Positions 1 to 13,179 of a stretch of DNA of 64,000 bases are shown here, in pieces (within the stretch, counting starts at the first letter, position 1; every line of letters begins with the position of its first letter). Source of the DNA: Azolla caroliniana (Eukaryota > Plantae > Polypodiophyta). The stretch lies in the NCBI GenBank assembly GCA_043228905.1, contig JBHGNT010000022.1, positions 4,650,001-4,714,000 of the forward strand. The letters run 5' to 3'. The notes under the pieces are model-generated. The model was not told the origin of the DNA and ran no database searches. It saw only the letters and a program-made list of their open reading frames with translations. Both the position numbers and the translations under genes were made by a program.

Positions 1-515
1 TATTAGACAGATAGAAAAACGTAAAGACATAGAGACACCGATATTTTACGTGGAAAACTCGAAATGGGAAAAACAATGGGGGTTTACAAACTCCAAGAAA
101 AACAGATCACTATAGTAGAGAGGAAGTACAAAAATACGGAACTCAGAGACAATGACCTCGAGTTCTCCTTCATCTGACAGACGGCTACAGAGTTACACTC
201 TCACTCTCTCCCTCACAGTTACACAGGCAACAAACTTGTTCAAACCTGTTTCTTACAATAATGATAAACTATCATCATCACTATAAAGTTTGCCCTAGTT
301 GTTTATAACTAAAAGCAACTTTTTGGCTATTTACAAGTATAACCCACAAGAGCATTTTAGACTATTTACAATTATAGTCTTCCGAAACGATTTCCGTTTT
401 CAATTTGATTTCAATTTCGATTTCAATTTCGGTTTCGGTTTCGGCTTCGGCCTCGGCCGAGATACTCACCAACATGGTCCTTCTCTTCCCATTCGGAGGG
501 ATATGTTTCCCAACA
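1..515 (-). repeat. Partial Ty1/Copia LTR (C1-related), cut by the window start and inserted in the gag region of element X1
   Basis: Shares 'acgtggaaaac...gggaaaaa' and the terminal 'cggaggga...tgtttcc(c/t)aaca' with the C1 LTR at 6058-6835. Contains a (tttcaa/tttcgg)n hexamer run at about 391-455. Confidence 0.75.
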
Positions 516-2039
516 CAAAGTAAGCTCGACATGACTATCTAAAACCTTCTTCTCAAGGACCTTCCACAAATCAATTGTTTGTTCAATGTACGACCTTAGC
601 TGTAAGTCGGCGTCACTCGTTCTTTTCCTTTCTTCGCAGATTCATCAATTTCCATCCGATTAGGTTCGCTCGATCCACCGGGCTTCATGCTTGTTTCTCC
701 AACCTCTTTTCGTGGCATAGGTTGGGCTTGCCCTTCTTTCCCTCGTGTTGGGACGCTTTGATGTGCCATCTTCTTCACGAGTTCTTTTCCTCTTCTCTTC
801 GACAAGAGCTTCATAGTTGTCGCACACAACCTCCACAAAGCTTGTGTTATCGTCGACTGGATCCGACCATCTGGTAACTCATCGCACGTTCCGATCAACA
901 ATTTTTCCTTTTTTCTCGCACTCGAAGACCGTCGGCCAAAACCCAGCTCCGAGCTTGATTGTTTTTAGATTCTCTCTTCCAAGTTGTATCCCGCGCGATG
1001 CGGCATAGTGCATAGCTTCCACATGCCTTGCGTCTTCCTCTTCCACATCTTTTTTAGCCCGCTTCTTCCGAAGTTCACTCGTAGTGGCTTTCGTGTTTTG
1101 CTTGAATGGATCATGTTGCCATCCAAATAGACGACGTTCTTGTGAATCGCGTCTTGCAAGTTAGCGCATTCCCTTCGTGAGTGCTCCAAGATGTCACACC
1201 ACACACATCCAAACGCTTCTTTTCCCTTGGGCCCATGTCGACCTAAGTTGGCCAGCGATACCGCTTCAAACTTCTTGGAGAGCTCTTCGATTATAGATTC
1301 CTCCATCGCTTTCTTGTCGAAATTGTTGATCAGCTTGCTAGGCTCGATCGTCGCATGTGTCTTTCTCCTCCATGATTGTGGATTCTCCACGTCAGTTTCC
1401 TCTAGCCATTATCGACACTTATTAAGATGGTTGCAAGCCTTCTTCAACGCCGCCCAGTCCGCTACCAAGACATTTGGTTGCATTTCATCCTCCAAAACAC
1501 TGCCCCATTTCTCGCCGGTCTTTCGTATCCACCGCCTTCAGGAACAACAGGACTTTACCTCCATCGAGAACTCGTTGGTTAGCACGCGGAAGTCGGTTGT
1601 ACTTCTTGTCGAATTCCGCATTTACTCCCAATGCACACCGATTCTTCCCTTTCTTCTTGATCCAAATAATTAGCGTATGCCGAGTCATCCTTGAAGCATC
1701 TTCAAGCATGTATTAAGCAAGAAGCGCCTTTTCGAACTCCGCCCAAGTTGCGTGCTCGTTTTGGATCTCCATGACGCGCTCGCGAATCCCTGGTTCCACC
1801 ACACGCTTAAAGCTAGAAATTTGTTTTAGATCATGGACATCCCTCTGTTGCATCTCGTTCTGATAGGTAGCAAGGAAATCCGTGATGTTCTTGCCACCAA
1901 ATCGTCCAACTATCTCGACTGTTTAATCAACAACGTTGTTGATTAAAGCCTCCCGATCTCTCGCCTTCAACATGAATTCCATGACGGACACCATGCCTTT
2001 CGTCAATTCCTCTCCTTGAGTTCTACTTTTCGAAGCCAT
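516..2039 (-). pseudogene. gag: Degenerate gag of X1
   Basis: ORF pieces 1923-2111, 1485-1709, 965-1390 and 596-901 align with X3 gag (MLEDxSRMTRHTL, KVLxFLKAVDxKD, CVWCDxxxHxRxxC knuckle). Stops and frameshifts are present. Confidence 0.8.
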
Positions 2040-2072
2040 CCTCACACTTGATATCCTCCTGCCACCTCGTTT

Positions 2073-2088
2073 CACGTCGTGTTCACCA
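2073..2088 (-). promoter_or_regulatory. PBS, tRNA-Trp type
   Basis: TGGTGAACACGACGTG lies 4 nt after the LTR and has one mismatch to the PBS at 35965. Confidence 0.8.
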
Positions 2089-2092
2089 AAGA

Positions 2093-3121
2093 TGTCGCGA
2101 AAATACGACAAAGAGACGTGAACTTGAGGCAGAACCCCAGGGGCCTCCGACCTAAGGATACCAGATTCGTGCCTTTATGTTTTATGAATTAACCGAAATG
2201 AGAAAGTTTTGTAATTTTTATTAGCAAAGAAAAGAAAAATTTCAATCTATCCCAAGATTGGGATTACAGAAGTTTTAGGCTTATAGAGATTAACAGATTA
2301 GGGTCTTGTGGATTTTTGGGTTTTTTCAGAAATTTGGGTTAGGGTTTATGAGGTATGGCTTAGATAAGAAAAATTAGGGTTAGGGTTTTTTTAGATATGG
2401 CTTAGATAAAAGAAATTAGGTTTAGGGTTTTTTGAGATCTATCTTAGATAAGAAAAATTAGGGTTAATAGATTAATTGCATGTTTAGTTACAATGTCCTT
2501 GCACTACGGATCACCCCAGCCGTTCCAACTGTTCTGAGTAGTTGGGCCCTTGCATTACGGATCACCCCAGCTGTTCCAATTGTTCCGAGTAGTTGGGCCC
2601 TTTTACTATGGATCACCCCAGCCGTTCCAACTGTTCCGAGTAGTTCGGCCCTTGCACTACGGATCACCCCAACCGTTCCAATTGTTCTGAGTAGTTGGGC
2701 CCTTGCACTACGGATCACCCCAACCGTTCCAACTGTTCCGAGTAGTTGGGCCCTTGCACTATGGATCACCCCAGCCGTTCCAACCGTTCTGAGTAGTTTG
2801 GCCCTTTCACTACGGATCACCCCAACCGTTCCAATCGTTCCGAGTAGTTCAACCCTTGCTCTGAACGCCTAGATATTAATTGATGGGTTCTGGGTCTGCT
2901 TATATATTGCTGGTTCCGATGTGGTCCTGCTAATGTGGGATAACTTATTGTTCTGTTCCCCTACTTTAGAAACATAACTTGATACGTAGTTGTCTGTTTC
3001 ATGTGTAGTAAATGTGTTTGGAAGCTATTGAAGACGTCCATCTTTTCGTACCAAGCCATTAAGCTAATCTAAAATAATTATTTCATTATTTTTCATATCG
3101 TGTGTGAAGAACCACACGACA
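2093..3121 (-). repeat. 5' LTR of X1, with a 51-bp tandem array (about 2497-2858, about 7 copies) and telo-box-like TAGGGTT motifs (about 2300-2465)
   Basis: Both termini are homologous to the solo LTR at 53510-54873. The repeat unit 'ccttgcactacggatcaccccagccgttccaactgttccgagtagttgggc' is directly visible. Confidence 0.85.
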
Positions 3122-3459
3122 CCGGAAATTGATTTGGATAAGTTATGTGGTCTTCAATGAAGACTCGATCATCTCGGCCCATACACAGCCCCAGATTGGC
3201 AAGAGAGTCAGCTATGATCTCTCCCAATCCAATTCTGAGACCGAAATGTTGTATGCCAAACCTAATTCGGCTAGCAACCCTCCAGCTGAATCCAAATCGG
3301 CAAATGGTTGAACAACTAAATTCCAATCAGGAAGAAAAATGACTAGGGCCAAATTGGCCATGATGCCAAATGGCCAATCTGAATTGGCCAAGGCACCAAC
3401 TGACTGGTCGAAAACTCCCAAGGAAGGGGTAGATCCGAACCGGCCAAGGCACCAACTGA

Positions 3460-4300
3460 CTTGCTGAGGCATATTTGCTCCATTTCATCATCGTCGATGA
3501 TGACGTTAATCAATTCGAGGGCATCCCACAGCTCCTTGATCTTCAAGGTATAACTGGTGATAGACATGTCCCTTTGTTATATATTGTTCAAATCTTTTCT
3601 GAGTTGAAGCTTACAAGCAACCATGTTGGCTACGAGAATCTTCTTGAGGTTGCCCCAAGCTTCTTTTGGCATTTTTGCCTTTCGAATATAGCTGAGCATG
3701 TGATCATGAATGCATGATGCTAGGCAGCACAACACATGATTGGCCGCTTGCTCCCATGTTGGGTAGTCGGCATGTGTTGGGTTGGGTTGTGTTTCTTGAG
3801 CTCCTTCAATATAGCTCCAATATCCATAACTGACAAGAGATTGATGCATCTTGTATTCCCAAGATGCCAAATTTGTCCTATCGAGCTTCTCTGCAGGAAG
3901 AGTGCTTCCCATCTTAGTGTTCATAGTGGCGTTTTTCTTCTCTGGTGTTGACCCGATTCTGTTTTGTTCGTTGGTGTGAGACACAACACAGTTGAATAAC
4001 CTTGATAAGAAAACCACATGCTCTGATACCATGTAAAGAACCTGGTGTGATTCTATGCAGTGGAAGGTGTTGTGTGTGTGTATGACAAAGCAGAGAGAGG
4101 GAGAGAGAGAGACAAGGAACAAGAAACAATATTAGCAAAAATAGAAATTACATCCAACAGTAACTAAGTTACAAAAGGTTGGTTTAAATGCCAACTAACC
4201 TAGGGCAACTGCCCTTTGTACTATTTACAAAAATTGCCTAGTTTGTCCACCACTAGTGTGAAAGTCATTTCATTGGGGAAGTTGGGTTTGATTCTCAACA
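3460..4300 (-). mobile_element. Copia fragment C4: LTR (4300->4032), PBS-Met (4031->4020) and truncated gag
   Basis: TG...CA LTR followed by TGGTATCAGAGC. The ORF LPAEKLDRTNLASWEYKMHQ is homologous to C2/C3 gag. Confidence 0.75.
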
Positions 4301-4494
4301 CACCCCTTCGAACATAACTTCCGGTTGTTGGAAAGATTGTCTCACTATTTGGCTCATTTCAGCATTCTGGGTTTCTCGGTTTTGTGGCCGCGGTTGGGTT
4401 TATGAGTCGATTGGTCTAATCAACCTCTATTGAACAACTACAATGATTTCCGAGCTCAATCAACTTTGTGCTCCTTGTTCGACTTGTTGTCGGC

Positions 4495-4809
4495 TAGGGA
4501 TCAAGCCCGGCTCGGCTCAAGCCTAAACCGTTTGGCTTAGCCGGCTTGAAAATGGCTTAGCGGCTTAGCAGCTCGGCTCGGCTCAGTTTAGGCTTGAACT
4601 TGCCTTAACGGTTTGAGCTTGGCTCGGCTTGGCTTGAGCCTCGTCAAACCGGCTCAAGCTGGCTAAGCCGGATAAACCGTTTAAGCCGTTTATAAACTTT
4701 AGAGAGGGGGAGAGAGACAACAGAAAAGGGGAAAGAGAGAGAGAGAGAGAGTGAGGGAGGGAGAACTACACAGACGAGGAGAGAGAGAGAGGGAGGGAGA
4801 CAACATATA

Positions 4810-4855
<46 letters not shown>

Positions 4856-5199
4856 CTACATAGAGGGGAGAGAGAGTCGAGACCACAGACGTGAGAGAGA
4901 GTGGGAGGGAGAGCTTGTACAATGTATAGTATATAGTATATAGTATATAGTATATAGTGGATCATCTGAGAGAGAGAGGGAGGTAGGGAGAGAGAGATCG
5001 AGAGGGAGGTTTCTAAACCGATTTCCAAGCCAGTTTGGAAACCAGTTTACAAGCCGTTTACCAAACCGAGCATAAACCGGTTTGTGAACCGGCTCGGCTC
5101 GGCTTAGGTTTGAGATCCTGTAAACGGTTTAGGCTTAGCTGGTTTGGCTTGGATTAGGCCAAACTGGCTAAGCCTAAACCGAACCATTACCGATCCCTA
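4495..5199. mobile_element. Non-autonomous hAT-type DNA transposon (MITE)
   Basis: Terminal inverted repeats TAGGGATC...GATCCCTA, an 8-bp TSD TTGTCGGC (4487-4494 and 5200-5207), subterminal AAACCG/CGGCT repeats and an internal (GA)n. Confidence 0.9.
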
Positions 5200-5489
5200 T
5201 TGTCGGCTAGTCTCAGACTCCTGTGTTGTTGTGTTACTGGCCTAAGGTAACATGGTATCAAATACTTGTTACTTCGGTATCCGACTCAAGGTCTTGTGGT
5301 CAGGGAATGGTAGTATCTGCGAGTTGTTTTAGTGAAATTCGACCGCACGTGTTACCTGCAGGAATCAAACTAATGTGACTGTAGAGACTGAAACCCGAGT
5401 CGGCTACAACCGACCGGTGACGCTCAACATAGATAAAACTTTAACACAGAGCACAGAGACAAAGTATAAGTAAACAAATTTCGAAATAT

Positions 5490-5894
5490 TGTTGAGCAAA
5501 CAAGCTCAATCGGATCCAGATTGGTTGAACAAGCCAGAGCCGGATCGGAGTTCGGAACGAAGAACCGGCCGAATCGGTGTCCAGATGGTATTCGGAACCA
5601 GGAGCTGGCCGTTAGAGGACTACGAATCTAGCCTACGAGTCTGTGTCAGTTGCTCATGTGAGCATTGAAGTACTTGTCAGTACTTCTGTCCGTCCTTTCA
5701 AGGACTTGTATAAAAGTGCTCATAGAGCACATTGTATGTACAGAGTGCTTATTAATTTGAATAGAGTCTTATTCTGTTCTGATCTTTCTCTGTCTCTCCC
5801 ATGTATTTAAGCTTTCCATTAAACCTTCATTCTAAGTTTTGGTGTTATCCAGACTATTTGGTTTTGTCCTATCTTCCGCACATTATCTTTTACA
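5490..5894 (+). repeat. 5' LTR of C2
   Basis: Starts 'tgttgagcaaacaagctcaatcgg', like the C3 LTR 'tgttgagcggcaagctcaaccgg'. Ends 'ttttaca' before 'tgctattagag'. Confidence 0.75.
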
Positions 5895-6057
5895 TGCTAT
5901 TAGAGTGTGAGGGTTGAGAACCTCTCTAGTTGACGAGCGATTTCCGAAGACAAACCCTAACACCTGGTAGAGAACAGAAAACAAAGGTTACAATGGACAG
6001 AGGAATGGCTAGCTCGCTCCTGACGGAGAAGCTCGACAGATCCAATTATGCATCTTG

Positions 6058-6835
6058 TGACAGGAACTACACGCTCCGATGAACAACGCTCGGCCACAAC
6101 CGAGTTTAAAATCGAACACAGAAAACGGGTAATGAACGCATGACACAAAGGTGAGAAGAGTACACAGGATGTTTAACGTGGAAAACCCAAACTAGGGAAA
6201 AAACCACGGCAGCCCACAAGTTGCAAACTATCACTATGTTACAATGTACAACAGTAAAACACCGAGGCAACAACCTCAAGCTTTCTATCTTCGCCACACG
6301 CGGCGGTTACAACAGAGCCAACGACCTCTTCCTCTCTCTCACTCTCTCTGTACACAGTTACGCGCTCTAATCTTGCACCAACAAGAATGACAACGACTCT
6401 CACAATAAGTTTGCCCTAAGTCATATTTATACTAATATGACTTTTCGGCTATTTACAAATATAGCCCCGATGGACTCTCAGGAGACATATTTACAAATAT
6501 GTCCCTTCATCCGGTGAGCGCTCCTCACCGGGCCTGCATCATCCGGATCTTGATGGGCACTCGTCATCCGGTTCTCATCGGGTCTTCCGTAGTCGGGTAC
6601 TCCTCATCCGGTTCTCACTGGGTCTGCATCATCCGGATCTTGCCGGGCACTCGTCATTCGGTTCTCACCGGGTCTTCCGTAGCCGGGTACTCCTCATCCG
6701 GTTCTCACCGGGTCTGCATCATCCGGATCTTGATGGGCACTCATCATCCGGTTCTCACCGGGTCTTCCGTTTTCGGGTACTCCTTTATCCGGCGCTTGCC
6801 GGGTCTTCCCATCCGGAGGGACCTGTTTCCTAACA
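6058..6835 (-). repeat. 3' LTR of C1 with 90-bp CCGG-rich tandem repeats (about 6508-6800)
   Basis: Direct repeat of the interrupted 5' LTR, with TG...CA ends. Confidence 0.95.
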
Positions 6836-6845
6836 AACTCCCCCT

Positions 6846-7879
6846 TCACTCCGGCATGGGATGTCTTACTAGTTCGATCCGCTTCCGGCATGCATCCAGC
6901 TTGTCAGGTATCAATACTTTGGTCAGCATATCTGACCCGTTCTCGGCTGTGTGGATCTTCGTCAGCACGAACTCCTGGTCATCTACTCTTTCCCGGATCC
7001 AGTAATACCTTCGCTGGATATGCTTCGTCCGGGAATGGTAGGCCGCATTCTTAGCAAGGTGGATGGCACTTTGACTGTCGCAATAGAGCCAGTATTCATC
7101 TTGCCGGATATCGAGCTCTCCGATGAAGTCCTTCATTCATAATATTTCCTTGTCGGCTTCCACAGCCCCCATGTACTCCACCTCCGTGGTTGACAACGCA
7201 ACCGTCTTCTGCAGCCTCGACTGCCACGAAATAGCTCCCCCTGCATATGTCATTACATACCCGGATGTAGATTGGCTGGTGTCCACATCAGCCGACATGT
7301 CCAAATCGGTAAAACCGTCAAGTTTAGGTTTTCCGGAGCCGAATCGGAGACACATGTTTGAAGTGCCCTTCAAGTACACGAGTATCCATTTGACCGCGTT
7401 CCAGTGCTCCTTGCCGGGATTGCTCATAAACCGACTCACCATTCCGACTGCGTATCCTATATCCGGTCGGGTACACACCATTGCGTAAAATAAGCTCCCG
7501 ACGGTAGAGGCATATGGAACCTTCATCATATCCGCCTTCTCTGCTTTCGTCTTCGGGTTTTGCTTACCGGATAACCTGCAATTTGCTGGAAGTGTTGATC
7601 CGACTGGTTTCGCATCTGACATGTTGAACCGCTGAAGCACCTTTGTCACATATTTCTCCTGTGACAGCCACAGTTGCTTCGTTGGCCGGTTCCGGATGAT
7701 ATGCATCCCCAACATTTGTCTTACCGGACCCAAGTCTTTCATCGCGAAGGTTCGGTTAAGAGCCTTCTTCAGCATCCGTATTTTGGCTTGGTCCCGTCCG
7801 ACGATCAACATGTCGTCCACATACAGAAGGAGTATTAGGAAGTCACCTCCTTCGAACTTCTTAACAAACATGCAGTGAT
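6846..7879 (-). pseudogene. pol: C1 pol 3' part: RT C-terminal half and RNase H
   Basis: Motifs LLLYVDDML, TRPDIGYAVG, ALSTTEVEY, CDSQSAIHLA and HSRTKHI, with one in-frame stop at 7137-7139. Confidence 0.95.
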
Positions 7880-8083
7880 TGTTACCGGCTGGCAAGAAGG
7901 CTTAAGGATGTCCAAATCAGAGTGTGAAAAGGAATAGTTTATTCGGGAACTGTTATAATTAGTAATCTTAATATAGATATTAATATATGAGAAGATGTGG
8001 ACGGATGGGCCGGAATCGATATGCCGATCCGGATTCGAACCGATCTTGTAAAGGTGCCGGTTAGCACTGTTTTGTATTTCGCA

Positions 8084-11000
8084 AAGGAGCGGATACCGAC
8101 AACACCCGCGAAGGAACCGAAGGAGCGGATACCGACAACACCTGCGAAGGAACCGAAGGAGCGGATACCGACAACACCCGCGGAGGAACCAAAGGACCGG
8201 ACACCGGCGACACCCGCGGAGGAACTGAAGGAGCGGATACCGGCACCAACCGCGGAGGAACCAAAGGTTCTCACACCGACGCCAACAGCGGACAGAGAGC
8301 GGAGTAAGCAGGAGAGTCAGTTGGACGACACGATGCCGTACCCATACCCAAAGTACCGGGATGAGCCCGACGCGGAGGCACACGTGTACGCATTCCTCCA
8401 AACATGGGAAGCCAACCATGTCTCCCAAAGACTGACGGAGCCCGAAGCCGAACGATCCAAAGTCGCCGAATTTGGCATGACCTTAGAAGGACCGGCGGCC
8501 CGATGGCACGCAAAGCACTTACCGGGCAGCTTTGCCACATTCGATGCCTTGAAGGCCAGATTCCTCAGGCTTTTTCACAGACAAGTTGAGCAAAGGGAAT
8601 TGGTCGGGCAGTTCTACACCACCCGGCAGGAAGAGACCGAGACTGTGCCACAATTCATCATTCGGTTTCAGACCCTGCATAGCCAACTGACAAGAGCACC
8701 ACCCGAAGACGAAGCCAAAGCCATCTTTTTGGCCGCGCTGAAAGAGCCACTTCGAACAATGTGCGGAGTCCTTGATTTCCACACCAGCACAATGGACCAA
8801 GTTATTGATCGGGTTTTAGAAATGGACAAGACTAGCCCCCTCTTGTCGATGGGGATGTTACACCGGGCACTCCCGAAGGAGGAAGACCTGAGGTTCCGGC
8901 AGGCCTTACAATGCACAACATGCCTAAATTCGGGCCACTCGACAGTAGACTGCACCCTGCGGACACAATGTATGATCTACAACTCTCGAGCCCATACAAC
9001 GGACCGATGCGAATATAACCTGTTAACTCGGCAGGCGGCACCGGTTCGACACATAGAACCGCGCAATCAGAACCCGGACGAGGATCGATTCCGGAGAGAC
9101 GACCGCTACCAACGCGAACGCGGTAACAGATACGCTGATAGAAGATGCGATAAATATGACCGAGAGGAGAAACGCAGAGAGAGCTACCCCCGGGACCGGT
9201 ACGACCGAGACGAATCCCCGGAATACGAACAACGCAGAGAAGAGAGGCGACAAGGGAACCGAAATTTCCGACGGAATCAGAAGCATGGATTTTTCTGAAG
9301 AGAGGAACGTCGGGAGGCAGCGAGGTATGACAACCCGATATCGGTACCGGATAACCGAAAAACCGAAGACGACCGCCGAAGCATACCCACCCTCCAAACC
9401 GGGGACAAAGGAGAAACGAGCAACAGTCACAAGGTGTACTGTTATTACTGCCGTAAGGAAGGCCACTATAGTAACCAATGCCCAAGCAAAACCAATGACA
9501 AGCAGCCGGAAGTCAACATGGTTACAGCCGAAATAACAGAAGTACAGCAGGTCACAACCCGGTCAAAGGGAAAGACCGCTGAGTGGGAAGCCCAGGAGGC
9601 AATCAGAAAACAAGCGGCGCAATGGATCAAGGAGGCCAATGAACAGAATGTGGCAGAAGTAAGAGACCAAAATATGCCAAAAGACGAAGAAATCATACAG
9701 CCAGGAGAAAACCCGACGTGGCAAGCGCTACAGGACTGTCAAATCATGCTGCCGTTAGCACGACTACTACAGTTGGTGCCACGGTTTACGGCAGACTTAC
9801 AGGCATCCGTGAGCAAACCGAAGCCGACACCATCACCGGCATTCTTCTCCAACCCGGAGGAAGGACCAGCGGTGGTCGATACAAGTAGCCCGACGATCAC
9901 GGCAATCGTGAAAGGAAAGGAAATTGTTGGAACGATTATTGACGGAGGCTCCGGGGTAAATGTCATCAGCCGACAGACATGCGATAACCTGGGCATCCGG
10001 GAATGGGAACCATGCCCCTTCTGGTTACGCATGGCGGATACCAGCTCAGTCCGACCGACCGGGCTTATCCGGGATTTGGAAGTAACGATCGGAGGCCACG
10101 TATTCCGGATATCGGCCGTGGTGCTGCAGCTGAATGTACAAGGCGCGTACCCCCTACTGCTAGGATGACCATGGCTGCGAACGCCGCATATCAAGCAGAA
10201 CTGGCAAAAGAACATGATCACATTCCGGCGAGGGAAAATAAAGGTACATGATCACATTGTATGCGGAAAGCATCAACATGTTGGAGGGATTACCGGACGA
10301 GGAAGTCGAGTGGTACCTCGAGGAACACCCACGAATCGTCCCACTATTTGAGGTGGATATCACGGCGGCAGTAGAACCGTACATTACGACGCCGGATGAA
10401 CCGGACCAAGCGGCGATCCGGGAACTGCGACAAGCGCAGGAATCCCTAGAGAGGGAAATGATGATATCCCAGAGGGTAAAAGCATCCCAACTAGAGGAGG
10501 TGGACCTCGGCACAACAGACAAGCCCCGACCGGTAAATGTCGCAAAGGAATTGCCGAAGGAAGAAAAGAAGGCAATGGTAGCATTATTAACAGACTTCAA
10601 GGATGTGTTCGCGTGGTCATACGAAGACATGCGAGGGCTGGACCCCCAGCTCTATCAGCACCAAATTCACCTAAGTACGGACGAGAAACCGATCGCTCAA
10701 CGCAGGTACCGGATGAATCCGAATTATGCGGCGAAGGTGAAGGAGGAAATTGATAAGCTCCTCCGGGTCGGATTTATCCGACCGGTCAAGCAGGCGACCT
10801 GGCTGAGTCCGATAGTGGTGGTCCCGAAAAAGAACGGCAAAATCCGGGTATGCGTGGACTATCGCAAACTAAATGCCGCATCAATGACCGATGCGTTTCC
10901 ACTACCATTTACGGACGGGGTGTTAGATGCGGTAGCCGGCCACGAAGTTTACAGCTTCCTGGATGGATTTAGTGGCTACAACCAAATACGAATGCACCCG

Positions 11001-13179
11001 GCCGACCAGGAGAAGACAGCGTTCGTTACGGAATGGGGCGTGTTCGTCGCGGTCGTGATGATGTTCGGACTAAAGACGGCTCCAGCGACCTTTCAAAGGA
11101 TAATAATGGAAATGTTCGGGGTCTACAGCCGGCACGGAGAGCATCTCGATCACCTCCGGCTGTGCTTGGAGAAGTGCCGCGAGTACCGATTGAGCCTGAA
11201 CCCGGCCAAGTGCGTCTTTGGAGTGGCAAGCGGCAACTTACTAGGGCACGTGGTGAGTAAGGAAGGAATCGCGGTAGATCCGGATAAAGTCAAGGCGATT
11301 CTCGAGGCACCAACACCAAATAACGCAAAGGCTTTAAGCCGGTTCCTGGGCCAAATAAGGTGGCATAGCCGAATGATACGGCACCTCGCAGACTTCGCTA
11401 CACCATTACATACCGCCGTACACAGGGTACCCTTCCTATGGGCGGAGACGGAGGAGGAAGCCTACCAAGCGTTGAAAGTTATGCTGTCGCAAGCTCCGGT
11501 GGTGCAACCGCCGGATTGGAGTAAAAGCTTTCACGTCTTCGTCGACGCGTCGAACGTAGCAATCAGCAGCGTTCTGATGCAACTCACGGAGCCAAAATGG
11601 TACCGACCGGTGTACTATGCAAGCCGGAAACTCTCAAAAGCAGAACGGAATTACTCTACGACGGAACGCGAGGCATTGGGAATGGTGTATAGTGTCACAA
11701 AGTACAGGCACTATCTGCTCGGAAGGAAGTTTTCCTTCCATGTCGACCATTCGGCACTACTCTACCTAGTCTCGAAGGCATCCCTGACGGGAAAAATTGC
11801 ACGATGGACACTGCTGTTACAGGAATTTCTGCTTGGTTGGAGACACCCTCTATCACAAGGGGGCAGATGGCATCTGGAGACGAGCAGTGCAGAGCGATGA
11901 GAAGGATTTAATCCTCAGGGAAGCCCACTGTGGAATTGCCGGCGGGCATTATGCCGGCGACGCAACCGCTCGGAAAATATGGCAGAGCGGACTGTGGTGG
12001 CCCACCACCCTAAAAGATGCCGTGAAGTATAGCAGAGAATGCGATTTGTGTCAACGACTGGGCCAACCCACGGAGCAGGCCCGGATGCCACACCACCCGG
12101 TCTTGCCTTTGGAACCGTTTCAAAAGTGGGGTTTGGACTTTGTCGGTCCCTTCAAGCCACCGGCAATGCGAACCGGAAATCGGTATGTCATAGTGGCAAC
12201 CGACTATTGCACCAAATGGGTAGAAGCAAAGGCCTTACGGGACAACACGGCCGCGTCCACGGCAAAGTTTCTGTACGAGTGCATATGGTGCCGGTATGGA
12301 TGCCCGATCGAGCTTATAAGTGACCAAGGAGGACATTTTCTCGGGCAGGTAGTAGAAAGCCTGACGTCATTTTACGCGGTGGTACATAAAAGGAGTACTC
12401 CCTACTACCCTCAAGCCAATGGACTAGCGGAATCAACGAACAAAACTGTGCAGAACATCCTACGAAAAATTGTCAACGAGAACCGGACCGACTGGGATAC
12501 GAAATTGCAAAGCGCGCTATGGGCGTACCGAACAACGTACAAAACCAGCATCCGGACAACCCCGTTCCGACTAGCATTCGGTTTAGAAGCGGTCATGCCG
12601 GTAGAGTTCCAGATCCCCAGCTTCCGGATCCAGGTAAAGGAGCGCTTAAGTGAGAAGGAGTCCGAACGAATCCGGCTGGCGACGTTGTTGGAATTAGAAG
12701 AAAACCGAATAGCCAGCTTACTACAACTCGAACTGGAGCAAAGGAGGAGAAAAGCTTTCGTGGACCGACACCGGCGTGGCAACGAAAAGGAGTTCGAAGT
12801 TGGGAAACCGGTGCTACTATTCCAGACACGGATGGGGAACATGCCGGGAAAGTTGCGGTTTCGGTGGACCGGACCGTTCTGGATCACCAAGGAGTACAAT
12901 GGGTCGTATCAGCTCGGCACGTTATCTGGAGATGTCATCGGTAAGTGGGCAAATGGGTTTCGGCTAAAGCCGTATAAGGGAAATATGCCAGCCAACCCGT
13001 TCAAGCAAAACCCGGAAATCCGGCAAGATGAGGAACCGACACCGACAGACACTGCTGAAAATATTCAGACCGAGGAAGAACCGACACCGATACTGACAAA
13101 GACTATCCCGGAAAATCGACAGAAGGATCCGGTATCAACGCGAACCGACCCGAACAAATCGGGGGGGACCAGAAGATGA
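8084..13179 (+). pseudogene. gag-pol: G-B gag-pol (39-bp Pro-rich repeats, capsid, three CCHC knuckles, PR, RT, RH, IN)
   Basis: Motifs [33 protein letters not shown] and YYPQANGLAE. CGA>TGA-type stops at 9296 and 10166. Deletions remove the FLDD motif (about 11118) and the RH-IN linker (about 11826). Confidence 0.92.

Larger units (their letters stand above)
516..3121 (-). mobile_element. Gypsy element X1 (tRNA-Trp-primed, TGTCG...CGACA clade): 5' LTR, PBS and decayed gag
   Basis: LTR at 3121->2093 with TGTCG/CGACA ends, PBS at 2088->2073, and gag fragments homologous to 61208-63039. Confidence 0.85.

Noticed and set aside
2497-2858. Regular repeats that might suggest a CRISPR array (also 59420-59928)
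   Set aside because: These are head-to-tail tandem units with no unique spacers, lying inside eukaryotic LTRs, and no cas genes are present.
2480-2872. Repetitive ORFs over tandem arrays (also 6499-7005, 52839-53538 and 54286-54631)
   Set aside because: They are artefacts of stop-free repeat units, open on both strands.
3122-3460. Plus-strand Copia integrase tail (ISYVVFNE resembling SRDVVFDE)
   Set aside because: It is too short and too degenerate to call.
5253-5264. TGGTATCAAA as the PBS of another Copia element
   Set aside because: The match is partial, and I could not identify a matching LTR or a downstream gag.
7875-7879. Target preference GTGA(T/G) for the G family
   Set aside because: Only two TSDs support it, and the G-B flank (AGAAG) does not fit.
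9296-9298. Programmed stop readthrough between gag and pol in G-B
   Set aside because: G-C is open through the equivalent region, so the TGA is best explained by CGA deamination.
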